Below are positions 54,513-64,000 of a stretch of DNA of 64,000 bases, one piece after another. The stretch covers positions 117,614,001-117,678,000 of the forward strand of contig OX597822.1 of the NCBI GenBank assembly GCA_951406725.2, in the 5' to 3' direction. Position 1 is the stretch's first letter. Every line of letters begins with the position of its first letter. The notes under the pieces are model-generated. The model did no database searches, had not been told where the DNA came from, and saw only the letters and a program-made list of their open reading frames with translations. The position numbers and the translations under genes were made by a program. This DNA is from Octopus vulgaris. Lineage: Eukaryota.

Positions 54513-56446
54513 AGAGTGTGTATGTGAGTGTGTATGTGAGTGTGTATGTGAGTGTGTATGTTAGTGGGTGTGTGTGTTTAGTTAGTGTGAAGCGTGTATG
54601 TGTGTATGCGAGTGTCGAGTGCATGTTTAATTTTGTTAGGCGTGTGTGTGCTGCTATTTGAATGATTTTGCTTGGTTATTTCCAGCGTGTGTCGATAGAA
54701 ATATCCGTGTGCTTGAGTAAGTGTTTGTTGTGTATACGTGTATAATGTGTGGATGTGTGCATACGTGCTTGCGTAGGTATGTGTATGCTATATGTGTGTT
54801 TGTTTTATGTAACGGTGGGGGATATGTGCGAGTGTGTAAGTGCGTATGTGTATATGTGTAACTGTGGATTGTGGTGCGAGTGTGTGTATTGGCTTGTGTG
54901 TATTGTGTGTAACAGAAGAGAATGAACTCGAGAATTCAAACCGCGTAGAGCAAAACTTTCGAGAGCGAAAATTAATTCTTGTTCTCTCCGGAGGCGAGAT
55001 ATCGGAGATCCGGCATGCAAAGCAAGACGGAAAATTATACTGCAAACACGTATGCAGCAGCGCATGCATGCATTACAAACACGCGAGAGGACACACCTAA
55101 CACGCATAGACAGAGATAAACTAAACAAATTACACACACACACATAAATGGCAAACGTGTACACACAAACACCTACACGCGAACACGTAGAGATGAACAC
55201 GCACACATCTGTCTACATACATAGAAAATAATGTTAACATACTCCAACAAAGCTACAAACATATATACACACACATGTGCACACATAATAGCCAAAGTTA
55301 AACAAGGATTCAACATTTACAAACACACACACACACACACACACACATACACACACACATACACACACACACACAAACGAACACGCACGCATACACACAT
55401 ACACTTTCGAAATAACTCATAAACTTTCAGGAATCCGAACTGGAAATGAGCTGAAAGGTTGTTGCTGAATATGATCGATCATCATTCCAGGACACCGAAA
55501 AATAACACTGTGTTCTGACCATGTGACCCAACTTCGTGACCTAATTTCGCAGAGTAATCATTCTGTACACATATTTATTTATAATCAATGCTGCATCGGT
55601 ACTGTAGAGTAATAAACTAGTATCACTTCCCTCTATGAAGCTTGTGATGTGTTTATGACCATCTTTGACAATTGGTGCCAGAGTCAATTATTAATAATAA
55701 TGTGTACAATCTTTGTTTTTTTTTTTGTCTTCTGTCAATAAGAGTTATTTCCTACTTGCTTCTACGTAGGCATCAAAGGAATTGATTATTATTTCCTTCA
55801 AACATTGCTTTTGAGAACTGGATGTTGATGTTCTGAGACTGACCTATTTTCCATACACTTCAAACAGATTCAGTGCTGAGTTACTGAAGCAGAAATATCA
55901 TCGTAGCAAATATTCTGCTCAGTACCTCAGATTTGCTTGTCAGTTGCTTCCCCATAACCACTTGAGCATGTCCCTTAGTTGCTGAGAATATATGTATCAT
56001 TGATCATGATCAGGAAGGGAGCTTCAATAGCCATGTTTCGAAAGGGATTCTTTGGGATTTGAATAAATGTAACAAAAGCAAAGTTTGAAGGAAATATTAG
56101 CCATCTTTCATACTTTGCAGAGGTAAGAACGTAAGAAATAAAAGTTGCTACCCAAGCAAAATAATAATAAGAGAACTGAATCAAAGCAAATGAAATCTAA
56201 TTTGATTATTCCAAGAAGAGAGCTTGTTGGTTGGAACAAACAGAGGGTAAAATCAAACCAGAGTTTGCTTTAAAATATTCCGTAAGTATTAATTTTCAGG
56301 GATGATAAAGTGGAGGAAGATTAAGGAAATGATTATTTGGCTTGAAACCTTAGTACTTGCTGCCTATACAGTTCAGACTAATAACAACGAATAGGTATAA
56401 ATAGAAACAATAAAATAAGAATGATCGATAGATAATACCTATAGTA

Positions 56447-56997
56447 TTGGGTTGTCCGGAAAGTTCATGCCGATTATTAAAGGAAGGAAAAAGGTTAGTA
56501 AATACTTGCCATTACATTTTCAATCAACCAAATATGAACCATTTTGTTGCACAATGTGTCTCCATCTTTCCTTTACTTTGAAAATACCCTCTTCCCAGAA
56601 TTGGGTTGGTTTCATGGCTAAGAATTCATCAAGGTATCACTTTACGTCAGCCAAGGAATTGGAATTTTTACCATTGAAACTATTCTGCAGAGACCTGAAT
56701 AAGTGGAAATCCGAAGGAGCAATATCTGGCGAATATGGAGGGTGGGGTAACAAATCCCAGAAATTTTGTCTGGTTCCGAAAGCAAGTGCCGAAAATGAAC
56801 TTCCGTATCTTCCATTTTAAAGGGTTACAGAATTAACACAGGTTATAGGAACATAAACCTTCTTCCACGAAAAGATAGCTTAAACTGTGCTCTAACTGGA
56901 GGTGTAGTCAAATCCTATTTTATGGACTCAACCATGTTCTAAAATAAGTCGAAAGGTAAGCTACTATAAATCGGCACAAAATTTCCGGACAACCCAA
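56447..56997 (-). mobile_element. Internally deleted mariner element
   Basis: 29-bp TIRs TTGGGTTGTCCGGAAA.TT..TGCCGATT with TA TSD; minus strand has MEDTEVHFRHLL joined to HPPYSPDIAPSDFHLFRSLQ..NGSY. Confidence 0.92.
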
Positions 56998-57487
56998 TAT
57001 TTCTTTGGTGTGTTGTGATGAGTTTAAGCTAGAGTGCGTCATCATGTAGTGATGAACTTAAAACCATTCGAAGTGTTGGAGAGGAAATAGTCTATGATAA
57101 ACCGTCTCTGAGTCAGTTGCATGTGTTTTGGAAACATATTTAAGTGTTTCTACTTCGCGCATTTGTTTTATTGTCTTTGTTTGGAGGAAGCGACTGCACT
57201 CTCGACTTTAACGACCTCATCTCACGAGATCGAGGAGATCAACACAGTTAACGTTCCTGTTGAATGATTGCAAATTATTGCTTGTAGGAAAAAGAAAATA
57301 TGCGAATTGTGGAAGGACGAGGTTCTGAGGAAGGAGGAACTCGATATGGTGAATAGTTATGGTTGAGAGTAGGGAAAACAATGTAGGAGGCGAGGGAAGA
57401 TGTAGGTGAGTCGCGAGGACCTGAGTGGAGGCGACACAAAATTAATCAATTCTGTGGAGTGCTACTGCTGTAGTAATATCAAACAGG

Positions 57488-58130
57488 CATACATACATAC
57501 ATACATACATACATACATACATGCATGCATACATACATACATACATACATACATACATACACACACATAATACATACATACATAGATACACACATACATA
57601 CATACATACATACATACATACATACATACATACATACATACATGCATACATACATACATACATGAATACATACATACATACATGCATACATGCATACATA
57701 CATACACACACACATACATACATACATACATACATGCATACATACATACATACATACATACATACATACATACATACATACATACACACACATACATACA
57801 TACATACATACATACATACATACATACACACATACATACATACATACATACATACATACATACACACATACATACATACATACATACATACATACATACA
57901 TGCATACATACATACATACATACATACACACATACACACATACATACATACATACATACATACATACATACACATACATACATACATACATACATACATA
58001 CATACATACATACATACATACATACATACATACATACATACATACATACATACATACATACATACATACATACATACATACATACATACATACATACATA
58101 CATACATACATACATACATACATACATACA
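57488..58130. repeat. (CATA)n tract, ~640 bp
   Basis: Read directly from the sequence. Confidence 0.97.
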
Positions 58131-59578
58131 TGCGTACGTACGTGTGTGCGTGCATGCCTCTGTGTGTGTGTGTGTGGAAAGAGAGAGAGAGAGAGAGAAA
58201 GAGAGAGGAGAGAAACACATTTGTAAATCAGAGCTTGAAGAGTGTTGGTGAGTGACTTCCTACCAGTTCTGGTGGCCCTTTTAGAGATGCGGCCCGAGAT
58301 TACTATAGAGGTAGCGGCACCGTCACAGTTGCAGGAGCAAGCAGTATTATATTGTGGATATCATCTGAACCGAGTTTTGTAAAGGGTTAATACTTGACGA
58401 ACAGAGGACTGAGACACTTTGGGACCCTAGTGTAGTACAAAACTTCACTCTCCCATTTACGTGGTAACTACCACAATTTGGACAATAATGAAACTAAAAC
58501 TGTTAAAACCAGATCTATAAAATTACTTAATAAACCATTCTGACAGTTACTATTATACTTCACTTTCTAAGCATTCTGGTTATTTCATTCTAGAAGATGG
58601 ATATATCAAATTACATTGATACAAGGAGGATGCTTCCGCACGCAACAGTTCTCCAGTCGCTTCAGTGCTGTTGTAAAGAATTTATTTACCGTTTGTTTCC
58701 TTTAAATAGAGTTCTTCATTGGTTTTATTGCATTTCGTTTTATTAAATGTATCATAAGGATATTGTTAGATAGGAAGAGCAAATTTAAATAACCTTAAAC
58801 TGGTTTACGTGTCTTGATATATTTGTGAAATTGGCATTTCCAGTCGCCAAACCAAGCTCAACCAAAATTCATTTAGAAGAAAAAAAAAAGAAATACATTT
58901 TATTTATTTTTTATATTTTTATATTTCATTCGTTTCAGCCATTGGACTATGGTCATGCTGTAGCACCGCTTTGAAATGTTCAAGTCGAAGAAATAGACCT
59001 CAATACTTTTTTTTTAAAGTCTGGTATCAATCTATAGTGCTCTTTTACCGAACCGCAAAATTATGGGGACGTAAACCAACAATTTTTCTCTATTTTCTTA
59101 GTTTTTCGTTATGGTTTTATACTTATTTCTTAAAGCGATATGAAACGGTTATATTATAACTAACAGTTGTCCGAATTTCCTCACTGGCCTCCACATGATG
59201 ATGATGGCAATGATGATGATGTAGAGAAAGAGGGACAAGTATACTGATGGCATTGTCAGAGGCAGAGAGGTACTGATCCCGATCCCTTTCAGGGGCTTCT
59301 GAGATTAGTTGGAGAAAAAGAGAAAGATGTCCTCAGATCAGAGGGAGACCTGACATGAATGCCTGTTAAACAATATATTGCGCTAAAGGCGTACAGGAGT
59401 CATGTGGTTGTATCAAAGCCTTGGACAGGAACTTCCGTCTGACGCGTTTCAACACGGTTTCATTCGCAAAGCGTTTGTCGACCTAACGTTAGTATAGAAA
59501 ATAAACTTGCTCAAGATGTCTCACACTGAGCAAGTGTATTGAAACGACGTAGCTGCAAAGTGAAATTCTTAACTGCAC

Positions 59579-59637
<59 letters not shown>

Positions 59638-59746
59638 TACTTGGAGAAAAGAAACGAAACGACGCTAGGGCGCTCAGTCATATAATAATTTGACAAATAA
59701 AATATATGCATACATACATATATGTACGTACCTACATCTACAAGGA

Positions 59747-59823
59747 CTGGTTCGACTGGATCGTGTTCCGTCCTTACCTTCGAAACACGCATTGAGTCGA
59801 ACCAGGGACAGCTGATGAAGGGG
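59747..59823 (+). ncRNA. Non-circularly permuted hammerhead-like ribozyme, copy 1
   Basis: CGTG-TT-CCGTCC-TTA-CCTTC-GAAA-CACG...GGACAG-CTGATGA-AGGGG, inside an 11-bp stem CTGGTTCGACT/AGTCGAACCAG. Confidence 0.6.
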
Positions 59824-59945
59824 AATATTCCTTGTATTGTTTGTCTTGTACTCTGTTTTTTCGTTGTTGAAAAAAGTCCGTTTCTTAGTTTGTTTTTATG
59901 TTTTCCTTTCTCGTTGTGTTCTACGTTTAATTGTGGGGTCCTGTA

Positions 59946-60008
<63 letters not shown>

Positions 60009-60550
60009 ATATACACGTAGATGTAGGTACGTACATACATGTATGTATGCATTTATTTTATTTATTAAATCATTATATGACTGAGCGCCCTCGCATCGCT
60101 TCGTTTCTTTTCTCCAAGTAAGTTTTTATATATAATTATGACGCGAACTCTGTAACCCTTTGCTTGACCTTTCCTTCCTTCCTTTCTGTCCGTCTTCCTC
60201 TTTGCCTGTCTCTCTCCTTCTTATTTTTCACCCTTTCTGGTTTCCTTTCCCCCCTCTCTTTCTCTCTCTCTCTCACTCCTCCTCATCTCTCTCACTGCCG
60301 AGTCGACTACCAACTTCCTTTCGCTCACAGCTTTCTACAAGTCAACAACGACTTTTTCTTACGCTCCGAATTTTTCCATCATCTAGGCTTAAAAAAGCCC
60401 TCAATGTTGGTTTCATTGTCCTGTTTTTATTCTTTATGTGTACTGTATTTTTATTTGTATTGCTTTTACGTCCTGTTCTTGTCACATTTTTTTCTTTCCT
60501 TGTTTTACCCCTCTGCAAAGGCATTTTATTTAATTCTTTTGCAGGAAGGA

Positions 60551-60627
60551 CTAGTTAGACCGGATCGTGTTCTGTCCTTACCTTCGAAACACGCATTGAG
60601 TCGAACCAGGGACAGCTGATGAAGGGG
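60551..60627 (+). ncRNA. Non-circularly permuted hammerhead-like ribozyme, copy 2
   Basis: CGTG-TT-CTGTCC-TTA-CCTTC-GAAA-CACG...GGACAG-CTGATGA-AGGGG; perfect 6-bp stem I. Confidence 0.65.
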
Positions 60628-60972
60628 AATATTCCTTGTATTGTTTGTCTTGTACCCTGTTTTTTCGTTGTTAAAAAAGTCCGTTTCCTTGTTTGTTTTT
60701 ATGTTTTCGTTTCTCGTTGTGTTCTACGTTTAATTGTGGGGTCCTGTACTCATATATATATATGCATGTATATATACACGTAGATGTAGGTACGTACATA
60801 TATGTATGTATGTATGCATATATTATATTTATTAAATTATATATATATATATATATATATAGATAGATAGATAAATACTAAGCGATTATGATAGTATGGA
60901 GCATGCTTTCTATAAAATAGAGATCAAGGAGTAGATTATTGTATGTTTTTGTGCAAAGTTTTAGGAGAAAGA

Positions 60973-61271
60973 GTGGAGGCGCAATGGCCCAGTGGTTAGG
61001 GCAGCGGACTCGCGGTCGGAGGATCGCGGTTTCGAATCTCAGACCGGGTGTTGTGTGTGTTTATTGAACGAAAACATCTAAAACTCCACGAGCCTCCAGC
61101 AGGGTGGTGGCGACCCCTGTTGTACTCTTTCGCCCCAACTTTCTCTCACTCTTTCTTCCTGTTTCTTGAGTAATGCTGCGATGGACTGGCGTCCCGTCCA
61201 GCTGGGGGGGGGATACACCACAGAAACCGGTAAACGGGGCCCATGAGCCTGGCTAGGCTTGAAACGGGTGA
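60973..61271 (+). mobile_element. SINE family A with 13-bp TSD
   Basis: TTTAGGAGAAAGA at 60960-60972 and 61272-61284. Confidence 0.9.
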
Positions 61272-61317
61272 TTTAGGAGAAAGAAAAATATTAAACACTA
61301 ACATGTTTATCTGCATA

Positions 61318-61490
61318 GGCGCAGGCACGGCTGTGTAGTTAAGAAATTTGATATGCAGTCACATGCATTTGGAATGAGGCCCACTGCGAAACATTGTGTC
61401 AAGTGGCTTCTATTATTGCACCGAGCGCCGACCACTGCATTGTGAGTGAATTTGGTAGACGTAAACTGTGTAGACGTTCATCGTGTATAT
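61318..61490 (+). mobile_element. Decayed SINE family C head
   Basis: GGCGCAGGCACGGCTGTGTAGTTAAG..GAATTTGGTAGACG. Confidence 0.65.
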
Positions 61491-61667
61491 ATAATCTTTG
61501 TATGGCATTTATAAACATTTAATGCATCGGTACACGCGTTTCCAAAAATCACATATCTCCCCCAAAAAGCTGATTCACCAGTCACCATCGTTAGAGACTG
61601 TGGCCAGCATAATGGAATGGGAGCTTTATCCGCAGATTCAAAACGTTTCCAGGAAGCAAATTTAAAT

Positions 61668-61747
<80 letters not shown>

Positions 61748-62078
61748 AGAGAGAGAGAAAAAGAGAGAGAGCGAGAGAGACAGGAGAGGAGAAATAGAGT
61801 GAGTGATTCCGTTATTAGTAGCAATAGAGGGATCACTGTAAGAAAATATCTTTGAATTGAGCTACAAATATTGTCGCCATTCTGCGACATAGAAATCGTA
61901 CTTGGCCTAAAAGAGGGGATAACTTTAGTCTAAACACTTACTCTACCAATTAGGTTACTATGTAAAGCCTACGTGTTTCATAACGCATCACTAACAGGAA
62001 TCACACCTTTGTATTACATATATAAATATGATCGTATGTATATATGTACGTGTATATGTATACATACACACACGAATA

Positions 62079-62167
<89 letters not shown>

Positions 62168-62373
62168 GTTACACGCATACATACATGTATGTATGCAATC
62201 AGTTATATTTGCTTCTCTGTCTTTCCTTAGTCAATTTATGTTCTGTTCTAAATTGGGGCGTCATAGATATACAAGATAAAATTTCACCATATCGCCATAT
62301 TGTCAATATAACATTGGTAAGCAGACTGTAAAAGTACATCATTAAAATCATTAATATATATATACATATGTGT

Positions 62374-62410
<37 letters not shown>

Positions 62411-62589
62411 GTGTATGTGTGTGTCTGCCTATCTGTCTGCATGTATGTATGTCAACTGAATATAGATATTAATATAAAAGAGCGGATGACAGTAGCTGAA
62501 AGCAAAAACAGTTTTCGTTTCTGGTTTCCATTCACACAACAACAGTCGTAAATGGATGATCGATAATACGAAACTACAGAAATTATAGC

Positions 62590-62631
<42 letters not shown>

Positions 62632-63159
62632 ATCTATCTATCTCCCATTCTCTCCTTATTTACTTCTCTCTTCTTATCTCTCACTTCTCCCTCTTTCCTT
62701 CTCCATTTTCCTCTCTTTCTCTCCCTCTCTTTCTCTCTCAAAGTGCAAATGTATTAATCATTAATAAAACCGAATCCTTCGTTAAGGCCATCAATACATA
62801 TGTTCCCTGTCCTAATATGGCATTTGTAAGTAGGGCATTTTACTATCAAATGTCTCAGTCTACTTATCTGCAAATAGGCTGCATCATTAAGAAAAACTTC
62901 ACCTCTGAATGAAAGACCAAACAATTAATTGCCTCAGTTTGTTGTCACCACTAAGTAGACATCCCTGTCAATGAAAAATTCAAGTCCCCCAGTCGTTGTT
63001 TTCACACCTACCTGATCAACTAAGAGAAACATATTGTAAACGGTTTCTCAGATATTACTTATAGTACCTCAATCTTCCGATGCAAGACAGATATGTGGGA
63101 CTTTTGATCTCAATACAGTACAGCAGCTTGCTTGTTGCTAATATTTGAATCAGCCTAGT

Positions 63160-63480
63160 CGTGGTACTCCGTCGGTTACAGTATGCTCGTGAAATTAATG
63201 TGCAAGTGTACCCGGACCGTAGTTCTCGAGGAGATTCAGCGTGACACAGTGTGTGACAAGGCTGGCCACTTTGAAATACAAGTACAACAGAAACGGGAAG
63301 AAAGAGTGAGAGAAAGTTGTGGTGAAAGAGTACAGCAGGGTTCGCCTCTCTCCTACCGGAGCATCGTGGAGCTTTAGGTGTTTTCGCTCAATAAACATTC
63401 ACAACGCCCGGTCAGGGAATTGCAACTTCGATCCTACGACCGTGAGTCCGCTGCCCTAACCACTGGACCATTGCGCCTGT
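63160..63480 (-). mobile_element. SINE with a family A head and a family D-type tail
   Basis: 63290-63480 matches family A; 63160-63290 matches 1517-1645. Confidence 0.75.
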
Positions 63481-64000
63481 AACAACAGGCCTAGTAAGAA
63501 GAGAGACAAATGGAAAGTGAAAAATAGGGCAACTGATTAAAATACGAATGTAGCTTAATTGTCAATGAAATTATGAATGTGAAAGATTTATGAGTGTGTA
63601 AATTTTATTTTTTAACTGAAATAATAAAAAAAAAACAATAAAAAAATATTTAATTTAATGAGACGAAAACTATGAAATTCTTTGCGGTGTCGTTGATGAT
63701 TTTTTCCTCATTGCAATGATGCCGGTGGCATACATAAAAAGTCTCCTCAGAATAAAAAGAATATGTAGAATTATATTATCATCCTCAATTAGAGTAACAA
63801 ACACTCATAAGTTTTTTCTTTTAGAACTTCATTGCATGAAAGTCCTCGAACTGAATTCTATCACTTAAGCTAAGATAAATATATTTTTCTATAAAATAAG
63901 AAAGATATTTAGATCTAGACTTGATAGGTGGCGCTACTTATTCTCCTTTAACGTCGCTACGGAGTTTCATATTATTTAGATCCTCACGTATAATCTGGTC

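Larger units (their letters stand above)
59632..60845 (+). mobile_element. Non-coding retrozyme/PLE-like element: inverted 5' segment plus ~1.4 tandem units of 804 bp
   Basis: 59742-60080 is repeated at 60546-60845; 59632-59741 is an inverted copy of ~60018-60130; (TA)n on both sides. Confidence 0.82.

Noticed and set aside
57442-58255. MYVC/HTYI repeat ORFs
   Set aside because: Translations of (CATA)n; the same applies at 18.6, 36.7 and 52.6-53.1 kb.

Overview
This is AT-rich eukaryotic intronic or intergenic DNA, very dense in microsatellites. The SINE families and repeat load suggest an octopus (inference). No intact host gene is evident, and most ORF-track entries are translations of simple repeats. 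The window is almost entirely mobile-element debris. It holds four tRNA-derived SINE families; two Tc1 elements (one of IR/DR type with a nearly intact DD34E transposase); a Merlin/IS1595-like element with an 8-bp TSD; and an internally deleted mariner. It also holds RTE LINE fragments, R4/Dong-type LINE fragments sitting in (TAA)n, and a Penelope-like element (PLE). The most notable signal is a set of about ten hammerhead-ribozyme (HHR) motifs in non-coding, (TA)n-embedded units with PLE-like architecture. One family (59.6-60.8 kb, two tandem copies 804 nt apart, plus a diverged copy at 9.2-10.1 kb) carries a hammerhead in a rearranged, non-circularly permuted (pseudoknotted) order, supported by covarying stems. 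All structures were read by eye; none was computed or tested.
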